Shown here: one piece after another, positions 56,156 to 64,000 of the stretch | Layout: the number at the start of each line of letters is the position of its first letter | Numbering within the stretch: position 1 is the stretch's first letter | Assembly (NCBI GenBank): GCA_038326775.1 | Contig: JBBQKJ010000010.1 | Span: 7,236 to 71,235 of the forward strand | DNA from: Candidatus Geothermincolia bacterium | GTDB lineage: Bacteria; Actinomycetota; Geothermincolia; Fen-727; Anoxymicrobiaceae | Length of the DNA: 64,000 bases | Reading direction: 5' to 3' | Notes under the pieces: model-generated | What the model was told of the DNA's origin: nothing | The model's database searches: none | The model's input: the letters and a program-made list of their open reading frames with translations, nothing else | Program-made: the position numbers and the translations under genes

Positions 56156-59121
56156 TACACACCGTACTCGGCGCGCTCGATCAGCTCTGTCTGCATGTCG
56201 CGGTTCAGGGTGACGAAGTAAGCGTTGTAGCCGGATATGCGGACCAGGAGGTTGCGGTAGTACTCGGGGTGCGCCATCGCGTCGCGGAGCATATCGCTCG
56301 TAACCACGTTCATCTGCATCTGCATCCCGCCCAGGTCGAAGTACGTCTTTGCGTAGGAGTACATGTTCCGGACGACCTGCTCGTGCGTGTCATCCGCGCC
56401 CGGCACCACCTTGACGTTGAACGCCATGTTGTTGTTCATGCTGTGCGGGTCGAGCCTTGCCACGTCCCTGATGTTATCGAGGAGGTTCCTGCTCGCGTTG
56501 GGCTCGGGGGTGAGGCCCGGCGTGAACGCCCTGGTGGCCAGGCGCCCCGAGGGCAAGGCCCCCGTGAGGGTGCCGAACGCCACGTGGTTCGACATGGTCC
56601 AGAAGCCGGTCGTGTAGGGCCCTCCGCGGTAGTTGCGGTGCGCCAGGTAGGTATCGTGGGCGAACCTGGCGACCCTGTTGGCCATGTCGACTGCCTCGTC
56701 GCTCCCGGAGCCGAAGAACGGGACCTTACTGCTTGCCATGGCCCGCAGTGCGGGGTCGCTCTCGAAGTTCGAGTCGACGGCCTCTTTCAACTGCGCGAAA
56801 GTGACCACGCGGTCGTCGTAGACGAGCTTCTTTATGACCATCAGGGAATCGGTGACGTCCGCGAGCCCGATGCATGCCGCCCCGCTGGTGTTGTGGCGGG
56901 CCCCGCCCTTCGTGACGTCCCTTCCCTTCTTGATGGAGTCACTGATGAGCGCAGACAGCAGCGGCGTGGGGCGTATGTAGGCGTGGGCCTCTCCCATCAT
57001 GTTGTTGTACTCCACCGACGCGTCGATAAGGAACTCGAACTGGGTGGTGAAAGCGCCGTAGAAGTCCTCGAACGTCGGGAAGTCTCCCGCCTCGATGCGG
57101 CCTGTCTTCGGCCCGACGTCCCAGTTCATGAGCGGGTGCTTCCCGTTGTTCATCGCCATCTCCAGGGCGGCCACCATGTTCATCATCTGGAAGTTGGTGT
57201 GCCCCATGTGCCTGCCCCAGATAGTCGGCTCGACGCAGCCGACGGCTGCCCAGTCGCGCAGCTCCTCGGGCGGATAGTCGAACTCCTTCAGAGATTCCAT
57301 CACGGCGACATCGTTGTGCATGGAGGGTGTGGCCGCCGTTATTAGGTTGACCTCGCAGAGCCGCTTGAGATAAGTCTCGGAGTTCTTCTCGGGGTTATAC
57401 TTCGCGTTCATATTGGGGTCGCGGATGTTGAGCAGTTCCGTGACCTTCAGGAATATATAGGTCATGTCGTTGACCGCATCTTCGCCCAGTGGGGTCACGC
57501 CACCGAGGGTTATCGCCTGGTCGGACGAGCTGCCGCCGAATAGGTAGTTAGCCACGTCGGGGAACAGGGGAAGGTGGTCGGTGCACTTCATGAAGAAGCA
57601 GCCAACCAGCTCGATCGCTCTCCTGATATACACCTCCCGCTCCTCGGGGGTGGAAAGCTCCGCCATGCCGTCCTCGAAAAAGGGCTGGAACAGCTGGTCG
57701 AGGCGGCCCAGGGACAGCCCGGCGTTGGTATTCTCCATGTGCAGGCCCACGAACGTTATCCAGACCGCGTTGAGCGCTTCGTCGAGCGTTTCGCAGGGGT
57801 TCTCCGGGACTTTCGCGCACGTCCGCGCCAGGCTCTCCAGCTCGGCCACCCTGTCAGGATCGCTTTCGCGAGCAGCCTCGAGCCGGGCCTGCCTGCCCAG
57901 GTTGGCCGCGTAGGCGTTGACGCCCTGCAGACAGAGCTTCATCGCCTCCAGGGAGTCCTTCTTCTCCTGCGGCGGGCCCGCGCTCAGCTCGTCGTCTATC
58001 TCGGCGATGATGCCTGACGTCCCGAGCCGGAGCAGCTTGGGGAAGTCCGCTATGGTGTGCGAGAACGCGCTGGTCTTGAACATGAATATCACGGCAAAGC
58101 GCTCGTCGAGCCTCTGGCCCAGGGGATAGTCGTGTTTCACCCGCACCCACTCGCGCACGTTCCTCCTGGCCCAGAACGGGAAAACGTGATGGTGGAGGAC
58201 CTCGGCTGTCTCCTCAGATATCTCGTAGCTGTTGAGCATCCTGAACGGCGATGATCCCAGCTCCCCCCAGAACAGCGTCCCCGCCGCGTCCGGATAGCCG
58301 AGCACCCCTATCTCCATTGAGGTGGTCGTGCCCGCTATGAGGTCGTTTTTCCTTATGATGGGAACTCGGTTCTCCATCATGTGTTTATATGCCCGCGCCT
58401 GCCTGAGCTCGGGCACGTGGGGGTTTCCCTCACGATCGGTCTCGAAGCCGTTCTCGACGAACCAGTCGGTCATGAGCCTGGCGCGCTCACAGCAGACCTC
58501 CGGCTTGACCGTGAAGTGGATGTCCAGGAATCTCTTCAGTCTGGGGAAATCCTCGAGGGAGTATCCGGAGAGGTACGGCTCGGGCAGGTGCAAGACACCG
58601 GGGTCGACGCTTTCGGCCTTCATCCGGTCAAGTCGCCTGTTCTTCATCTCATCCCTGAGAGCCGGGTCCGCGGGAGGCGCCTGCCTAAGCCTCAGGGCGG
58701 TGTCCTCCACCTTCTGTTTGTCCATCATCCGGCGGTGAATCGGGCCGGCGATGAGCGAGATATAGAAGTTCAAGAGGGTCAAGTAGGTGAAGTTGCCTTC
58801 GGCGCGAACCTTGTTCTTGAGCAGGAGGTTAAAGACCTCGCTGGGCGGGAGCCTGACCATCTCCTTGAGGACCTCTTCGGCGGTGAACACCAGGCTGACG
58901 TCGCAGTCTTCGGGTATCTTCCTGGCGACCCTGACATGGCCGCCCTTGAATATCATGGCCTCCTCGACGCCGCGGTCCTCGGTGCGGAACCCAACGGAGA
59001 AGTCAATCCAGGATCCGTTGCCGCGCAGGTACCCATTGAGGCGCTTGCGATGGTTGAAGTTCGCCGCTATCAACCTCAGGGCGGCGTTAGCGACGTGATC
59101 CGTTAGAGTTCTGCCACTCAT
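56155..59121 (-). CDS. Glycyl radical enzyme, Cys-Val-Glu (eliminase/dehydratase-type) active site, with about 190-aa N-terminal SCP2-like extension (paralog A)
   Basis: C-terminal glycyl-radical motif ...LLVRISGYNAYFVTL... Thiyl loop ...WAAVGCVEPT... N-terminal region ...DCDVSLVFTAEEVLKEMVRLPPSEVFNLLLKNKVRAEGNFTYLTLLNFY... resembles the SCP2 sterol-carrier fold. 988 aa. Confidence 0.88.
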   Translation of the reverse strand: MSGRTLTDHVANAALRLIAANFNHRKRLNGYLRGNGSWIDFSVGFRTEDRGVEEAMIFKGGHVRVARKIPEDCDVSLVFTAEEVLKEMVRLPPSEVFNLLLKNKVRAEGNFTYLTLLNFYISLIAGPIHRRMMDKQKVEDTALRLRQAPPADPALRDEMKNRRLDRMKAESVDPGVLHLPEPYLSGYSLEDFPRLKRFLDIHFTVKPEVCCERARLMTDWFVENGFETDREGNPHVPELRQARAYKHMMENRVPIIRKNDLIAGTTTSMEIGVLGYPDAAGTLFWGELGSSPFRMLNSYEISEETAEVLHHHVFPFWARRNVREWVRVKHDYPLGQRLDERFAVIFMFKTSAFSHTIADFPKLLRLGTSGIIAEIDDELSAGPPQEKKDSLEAMKLCLQGVNAYAANLGRQARLEAARESDPDRVAELESLARTCAKVPENPCETLDEALNAVWITFVGLHMENTNAGLSLGRLDQLFQPFFEDGMAELSTPEEREVYIRRAIELVGCFFMKCTDHLPLFPDVANYLFGGSSSDQAITLGGVTPLGEDAVNDMTYIFLKVTELLNIRDPNMNAKYNPEKNSETYLKRLCEVNLITAATPSMHNDVAVMESLKEFDYPPEELRDWAAVGCVEPTIWGRHMGHTNFQMMNMVAALEMAMNNGKHPLMNWDVGPKTGRIEAGDFPTFEDFYGAFTTQFEFLIDASVEYNNMMGEAHAYIRPTPLLSALISDSIKKGRDVTKGGARHNTSGAACIGLADVTDSLMVIKKLVYDDRVVTFAQLKEAVDSNFESDPALRAMASSKVPFFGSGSDEAVDMANRVARFAHDTYLAHRNYRGGPYTTGFWTMSNHVAFGTLTGALPSGRLATRAFTPGLTPEPNASRNLLDNIRDVARLDPHSMNNNMAFNVKVVPGADDTHEQVVRNMYSYAKTYFDLGGMQMQMNVVTSDMLRDAMAHPEYYRNLLVRISGYNAYFVTLNRDMQTELIERAEYGV

Positions 59122-59173
59122 CACCCCTCACTCTCATGGCTACGGTTTACTGCCGGCATCGCGACGCTTCAGT

Positions 59174-62146
59174 CTATATACGGTATTCCGCGCGCTCGAT
59201 CAGCTCGATCTGCATCTCACGGTAAAGGGTCACGAAGTAAGCGTTATACCCGGAGATACGGACCAGAAGGTTGCGGTAGCTCTCGGGGTGCGCCATGGCG
59301 TCACGTAGCATCCGGCTCGTGACCACGTTCATCTGCATCTGCATGCCGCCCAGGTCGAAGTACGTCTTCGCGTAGGAGTACATGTTCTCGACGACCTGCT
59401 CGTGCGTGTCGCCGTCCCCCGGCACGACCTTGACGTTGAACGCGATGTTGTTGTTCATGCTGTGCGGGTCGAGCCTTGCCACGTCCCTTATGTTATCGAG
59501 GAGGTTCTTGCTCGCGTTGGGCTCCGGGGTGAGCCCCGGCGTGAACGCCTTGCCGGCCAGCTTGCCGGACGGAAGCGCCCCGGAAAGCATCCCGAAAGCT
59601 ACGTGGTTCGACATCGACCAGAATCCCGATGTGTAAGGACCGCCCCGGAAGTTCAGGTGCGCTCCGTAGGTATCGTGCGCGAACTTCGCCACACGGGAAG
59701 CCATCTCGACGGCCTCGTCGCTCCCGGAGCCGAAGAACGGTACCTTCCTGGTTACCATGGCGTGGAGCGCCGGGTCGTTTTCGAAGTTAGTGTCGACCGC
59801 CCTCTTCAGGTCGGCCAGGCCGATCACCTTCTCGTCGTAGACCAGCTTCTTTATCACCATGAGCGAGTCGGTCACGTCAGCGAGGCCTATGCATGCGGCG
59901 CCGGACGAGTTGTACCGGGCTCCGCCCACCGTCACGTCCTTCCCCTTCTCGATCGAGTCGCTTATGAGGGAGGAGAGCAGCGGGGTCGGCCTGATGACGC
60001 TGTGGGCCTCACCGAGCATGTTGTTGTACTCGACGGAGTTGTCTATGAGGAAAGCGAATTGCGTGGTGAAGGCGTTGTAGAAGTCCTCGAAGCCAGCGAA
60101 ACTGCCCGCTTCGATGCTGCCGGTCTTCGGCCCGACGTCCCAGTTCATGAGCGGGTGCTTCCCGTTGTTCATCGCCATCTCGAGCGCGGCGACCATGTTC
60201 ATCATCATGCAGTTGGTGTGGCCCAGGTGCTTTCCGGACAGCGTCGGCTCGACGCAGCCGACGGCTGCCCAGTCGCGCAGGTCCTCTTCGAGATAGTTGA
60301 ACTCCTTCAGAGACTCCATCACCGCCAGGTCGTTGTGCATTGAGGGGGTGGCAGCCGTTATGAGGTTGACCTCGCAGAGGCGCTTCAGGTACGTGTCTGA
60401 GTTCTTCTCGGGGTTAAAGCGCGCGTTGACGTTGGGGTCGCGTATGTTCAGCATCTCCGTGACCTTCAGGAAGACATAGGTCATGTCGTTGACCGCGTCC
60501 TCACCATCGGAGGTCACCCCGCCAAGGGTTATCGCCTGGTCTGAGGAGCTGCCGCCGAAAAGGTAGTTCCCGATGTCGGGGGCCAGCGGCAGGTGGTCGG
60601 TGCACCTCATGTAGAAGCAGCCAACCAGCTCGACGGCCTTCCTGACGTATTCCTCGCGCTCACCGGGCGTATCGAGCTTCGCCATGTCGGCCTCGAAGTA
60701 GGGCTGCAGCCACTGGTCCATGCGGCCGAGCGACAGCCCCATGTTGGAGTTCTCCATGTGGAGTGCCACCCACCCGATCCAGCAGGCGTTCACCGCCTCG
60801 TCCAGCGTCTCGCAGGGGTTCTCCGGCACGCGCGCGCAAATCTCGGTCATGCGCTCGAGCTCCGCGGCGCGCGCCGGGTCTTTTTCCAGGTCGGCTTCGC
60901 GAGCCGCCTGCCGCGAGAGGTTGCCCGCGTACGAGTTGACGCCCTCGAGGCAAAGCTTCATCGCCGCGAGCGTATCCTTCTTCTCCCGGCTCGCGTCCTC
61001 GTCCGAGGCCAGTTCATCCTCGATGTCCTTGATAATCCCGGAGGTGCCCAGTCGCATAAGCTTCGGGAAATCGGCGATAGTGTGCGAGAGAGCCGCCGTC
61101 TTCCACATGAAATAGACCGCGAAGCGCTCATCGAGCTTCTGGCTCAACGGAGCATGGTAGTTGTCCCGCACCCACTCGCGCATGTTCCTCCTGGTCCAAT
61201 ACGGAAAGACGTAATGGTGGAGCGTTTTCGCGGTCTCCTCGGAAACCTCGTAAGGGTTCAGCAGCCTCTCCGGCAGGGAGCCGAGCTCGTTCCATACCAT
61301 GGTGCCGGCCGTGTCAGGGTATACCACTACCCCTATCTCCCTGGTCGTGGTCGTCCCTGCGACAAGGTCGTCACCGCGGATGATGGGCTTCTTTTTCTCC
61401 ATGAGGTGCTTGAACGCGTGAGCCTGCCGCAGCACCGGCACCCAGGGCTTGCCCTCCATGTCGGTCTCGAAGCCGTTCTCCACGAACCAGTCCGTGAGCA
61501 ACCTGGGTCGCTCCGCGCATACCTCCGGCTTCTTAGTGAAGTGGATGTCGACGAAGCGCTCGAGCCTGGGGAAGTCGCCGATGTCGTACCTCGAAAGGTA
61601 CGGTTCCTCCAGGTGCTTGACCCCGGGGTCGCTCTTCTCGCCTGCCATCCTCTGCTTCCTGCGCCCGGACATCTCATTGCGGATGGCGGGGTCGACCTCC
61701 GGGGCCTCCTCCAGGCGCTCCGCGGCGTCACGGGCCTTGATCTTCGCGTTTCGCTTGCTGTTCTGCTTTGCCATAAGGACGGAGATGTAGTAGTTCATGA
61801 GCGTCATGTAGGAGAGGTTACCCTCGAGCCTGAACTTGCTTTTTAAGAGCATGTTCAATATCTCGTTGGGCGTGGCCTTCAGCATGTCCATGACCACGCC
61901 GTCGTCGGCCAGGATCATCGTCACGTCGGCATCGTCAGGGATTCTCCCCATCACCTTGACCTTGCCGTCCCTGAACCTGATGGCCTGCACGACCGTGTTG
62001 TTCTCGGTGCGGATCCCGACAGTGAAATCTATCCAGGCGCCGTTGCTCCTCATGTAATCCCTGACCGTAGGCCTGAGGTTGAAGCTGGCCGACATCAGCC
62101 GCAGTACCGATCCTCCAACGAGGTTGGTAATGGACTTACCGCTCAT
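59174..62146 (-). CDS. Glycyl radical enzyme, paralog B of 56155-59121 (same architecture)
   Basis: 990 aa; ...VRISGYNAYFVTL...; ...WAAVGCVEPT...; N-terminal ...DADVTMILADDGVVMDMLKATPNEILNMLLKSKFRLEGNLSYMTLMNYY... By eye it is about 75-80% identical to paralog A in the core and about 50% in the N-terminal extension. AGGAGGAG RBS. Confidence 0.88.
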   Translation of the reverse strand: MSGKSITNLVGGSVLRLMSASFNLRPTVRDYMRSNGAWIDFTVGIRTENNTVVQAIRFRDGKVKVMGRIPDDADVTMILADDGVVMDMLKATPNEILNMLLKSKFRLEGNLSYMTLMNYYISVLMAKQNSKRNAKIKARDAAERLEEAPEVDPAIRNEMSGRRKQRMAGEKSDPGVKHLEEPYLSRYDIGDFPRLERFVDIHFTKKPEVCAERPRLLTDWFVENGFETDMEGKPWVPVLRQAHAFKHLMEKKKPIIRGDDLVAGTTTTREIGVVVYPDTAGTMVWNELGSLPERLLNPYEVSEETAKTLHHYVFPYWTRRNMREWVRDNYHAPLSQKLDERFAVYFMWKTAALSHTIADFPKLMRLGTSGIIKDIEDELASDEDASREKKDTLAAMKLCLEGVNSYAGNLSRQAAREADLEKDPARAAELERMTEICARVPENPCETLDEAVNACWIGWVALHMENSNMGLSLGRMDQWLQPYFEADMAKLDTPGEREEYVRKAVELVGCFYMRCTDHLPLAPDIGNYLFGGSSSDQAITLGGVTSDGEDAVNDMTYVFLKVTEMLNIRDPNVNARFNPEKNSDTYLKRLCEVNLITAATPSMHNDLAVMESLKEFNYLEEDLRDWAAVGCVEPTLSGKHLGHTNCMMMNMVAALEMAMNNGKHPLMNWDVGPKTGSIEAGSFAGFEDFYNAFTTQFAFLIDNSVEYNNMLGEAHSVIRPTPLLSSLISDSIEKGKDVTVGGARYNSSGAACIGLADVTDSLMVIKKLVYDEKVIGLADLKRAVDTNFENDPALHAMVTRKVPFFGSGSDEAVEMASRVAKFAHDTYGAHLNFRGGPYTSGFWSMSNHVAFGMLSGALPSGKLAGKAFTPGLTPEPNASKNLLDNIRDVARLDPHSMNNNIAFNVKVVPGDGDTHEQVVENMYSYAKTYFDLGGMQMQMNVVTSRMLRDAMAHPESYRNLLVRISGYNAYFVTLYREMQIELIERAEYRI

Positions 62147-62356
62147 CGCACTCCTCCTGGTAACCGAACCACACGAAAATATCTTTGATAGCAGTACCGC
62201 CTGGAGTCAATGATATTACTCAAGCGACCCTTTGCGCCAGCAAATCTTACGTGCGATCGCCGGCAGAAGCCTTGCGCAATGAAGCTCGCGAGTCATATGC
62301 TTTCCCTGGCCGACCCGGCCGCCTGAAGCGGCCCCGTGAAACCAGTGGGAGGACTG

Positions 62357-63328
62357 ATGGCGCTTGACATCGACCTGGAGCTGCTCCAGGAGTTCGAAAA
62401 GTACCTCGACCCGCGCAAACCCGAGCAGAGCAGGGTGCCCGCCAAAGTCCTCGGATACGGAGAGATCAGCACCGTCTTCGAGATAGGCGACGAGCGGCAG
62501 AGGGACCTCGCTTACAAGCGGATGCCGATATTTGCCGCGGAGGGCGAGATCGAGCAGTACGAGCGGACCTTCAACGAGTACTGCCGTGTCCTTACCGAGG
62601 ATGTCGGCCTGGTGCTTCCTCCTTACGGGTGCGCGAGCCTGCCACCGGAAGCGGGAAGGCCCGTGATGTTCCTCGCCCAGAGGAAGCTTCTGCCCGAGTC
62701 CATCGGAAACAGGGCGATACACGTGATCTCCCGGGACGACACCGTCCGGCTGGTCAGGCACCTTCTCCGCGAGCTGAAGAAAGTCTGGGAGTACAACGCC
62801 CGCGGCCGAAGCGTCGAGCTCGGTATAGACGGCCAGATATCGAACTGGTCGATCGAGGGGTTCGACCCGGGAAACCCCGGCCTCGGAGAAGAGGCCAGGC
62901 TCATCTATTTCGACACCAGCACGCCTTTCCTTCGGATCGACGGCGTCGAGCAGCTCGAACCGGAGCTCTTCCTGCGCAGCGCCCCGTCATTCCTGGTGTG
63001 GCTGCTCAGGAAGCTCTTCCTCGAGGACGTCATGACCCGCTACTACGACTTCCACCTTGTTACGGTCGACCTGATAGGGAACTTCTACAAGGAGCAGCTG
63101 CCGGAGTACATCCCCGAACTGATCGACACGGCTAACTGTTTCTTCGCGGACGAGGCGGGCGGCCTCGAAATCGCCCCGATAACCGAGAAAGAGGTGCGCT
63201 CTTACTACCGGGAGGACGCCATAATCTGGTCGTCCTACCTCTCCGCTCGAAGGATCGACCGGTTCCTGCGTACCCGGCTGTTGCGCAAGGACTACCCCTA
63301 CATTCTGCCTGGAAAAATAAAGCGTTAG
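62357..63328 (+). CDS. Hypothetical protein with protein-kinase-like/APH-like motifs
   Basis: Gly-rich VLGYGEISTVFEI; possible beta3 Lys (LAYKRMP); catalytic-loop-like GIDGQISNWSI (D-x4-N); downstream IYFDTS (DFG-position Asp). GGGAGG RBS before the ATG at 62357. Confidence 0.45.
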   Translation: MALDIDLELLQEFEKYLDPRKPEQSRVPAKVLGYGEISTVFEIGDERQRDLAYKRMPIFAAEGEIEQYERTFNEYCRVLTEDVGLVLPPYGCASLPPEAGRPVMFLAQRKLLPESIGNRAIHVISRDDTVRLVRHLLRELKKVWEYNARGRSVELGIDGQISNWSIEGFDPGNPGLGEEARLIYFDTSTPFLRIDGVEQLEPELFLRSAPSFLVWLLRKLFLEDVMTRYYDFHLVTVDLIGNFYKEQLPEYIPELIDTANCFFADEAGGLEIAPITEKEVRSYYREDAIIWSSYLSARRIDRFLRTRLLRKDYPYILPGKIKR

Positions 63329-63338
63329 GAGGCTGGAG

Positions 63339-64000
63339 ATGAGCGTCATCGGCCAGGAATCCAAAGAGAAGATAACCGAGCTGTTCGCCCGGCATGTCTC
63401 AAGCGGCAAGGTCGAGTTCTTCAAAAACGCGGGTATGGACTTCATCCTCGGAAGGCGCGAGGGCGTCTACATGTACGACCTGGACGGCAACCAGTACATA
63501 AACTGCAACTGCAACGGCGGGGTCTTCAACCTCGGCCACCGCAACCCCGAGGTCGTCGCGGCCCTCCAGGAGGCGCTCAAAGAGCTCGACATCGGGACCC
63601 ACCACACCGTCAGCGAGCAGCGCGCGCTGCTGGGTGAGAGGCTTGCCTCGATATGCCCCGGTGATATCAACCGCGTCATCTACGGTGTCAGCGGAGGCGA
63701 GGTGGTCGACACGGCCATCAAGCTGGCGCGCGGGCACACCGGCAGGCCCGGGGTCGTTTCCGCCATCGGGGGCTACCACGGCCACACCGGGTTCGCTCTG
63801 CCCGCCGGCCACGAGCAGTACTCCAGGCCGTTTGAACCCCTCGTCCCGGGCTATACACAGGTGCCGTTCGGCGACACGGACGCACTCGACGCGGCTGTCG
63901 ACAAAAACACCGCGTGCGTGCTCTTCGAGACCATACCGGCGACGCTGGGAATACTCCTCCCTCCAGAGGGCTTCTACGCGCGCGTCCGCGGGATATGTGA
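63339..64000 (+). CDS. Class-III (omega) PLP-dependent aminotransferase family protein; 3' end truncated by window edge
   Basis: MSVIGQESKEKITELFARHVSSGKVEFF...GVYMYDLDGNQYINCNCNGGVFNLGHRNPEVVAALQEAL...VSGGEVVDTAIKLARGHTGRPGVVSAIGGYHGHTGFAL... AGGAGG RBS. Not in the ORF track because no stop lies within the window. Confidence 0.85.
   Translation, partial: MSVIGQESKEKITELFARHVSSGKVEFFKNAGMDFILGRREGVYMYDLDGNQYINCNCNGGVFNLGHRNPEVVAALQEALKELDIGTHHTVSEQRALLGERLASICPGDINRVIYGVSGGEVVDTAIKLARGHTGRPGVVSAIGGYHGHTGFALPAGHEQYSRPFEPLVPGYTQVPFGDTDALDAAVDKNTACVLFETIPATLGILLPPEGFYARVRGIC

Noticed and set aside
62216-62761. 181-aa minus-strand ORF upstream of GRE-B
   Set aside because: It overlaps the better-supported plus-strand kinase-like gene (RBS, coherent motifs) and lacks a start context.
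1-64000. Mobile elements, CRISPR arrays, prophage or integrase genes
   Set aside because: No transposase/integrase-like ORFs, no terminal inverted repeats flanking a gene, and no regularly spaced direct repeats were seen anywhere in the window. The only notable repeat is the 29-bp inverted repeat at 56065-56155.

Overview
This window is GC-rich (about 62%), densely coding bacterial DNA with genes on both strands, dominated by housekeeping and nitrogen-metabolism genes. There are no IS elements, CRISPR arrays or rRNA genes; the only RNA gene is one tRNA-Ala(GGC). The housekeeping content comprises pheST, rplT-rpmI-infC, nadD, rsfS, def-fmt, rsmB, metK, rpe, and a ribDE(BA)H operon preceded by an FMN riboswitch. 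The nitrogen content comprises amtB-glnK followed by a glutamine-dependent nadE; glnA beside a GlnR-like OmpR-family regulator with a degenerate receiver and a second, NH3-dependent nadE; and a three-gene archaeal-type split glutamate synthase translationally coupled to an HdrB/HdrC-like CCG-domain Fe-S protein. A c-di-GMP signalling module (REC-GGDEF, sensor kinase, GAF-HD-GYP) and an envelope/glycan cluster are also present. The most unusual locus is at 56.1-64.0 kb. It holds two tandem, diverged glycyl-radical enzymes (about 990 aa each) of the Cys-Val-Glu eliminase type. Each carries an N-terminal SCP2-like extension of about 190 aa, and no activating enzyme is visible nearby. A perfect 29-bp AT-rich inverted repeat sits on one flank, and a divergent kinase-like gene plus a class-III aminotransferase sit on the other. 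Further observations are an 11-bp-phased TTAAC/GAAAC box array upstream of both glnA and amtB, a GAF-ANTAR regulator followed by a terminator-like hairpin/U8 abutting the RBS of a NuoE-like gene, and an unannotated 55-aa lysine-rich small ORF. Everything here is inferred from reading the sequence; no database searches were run.
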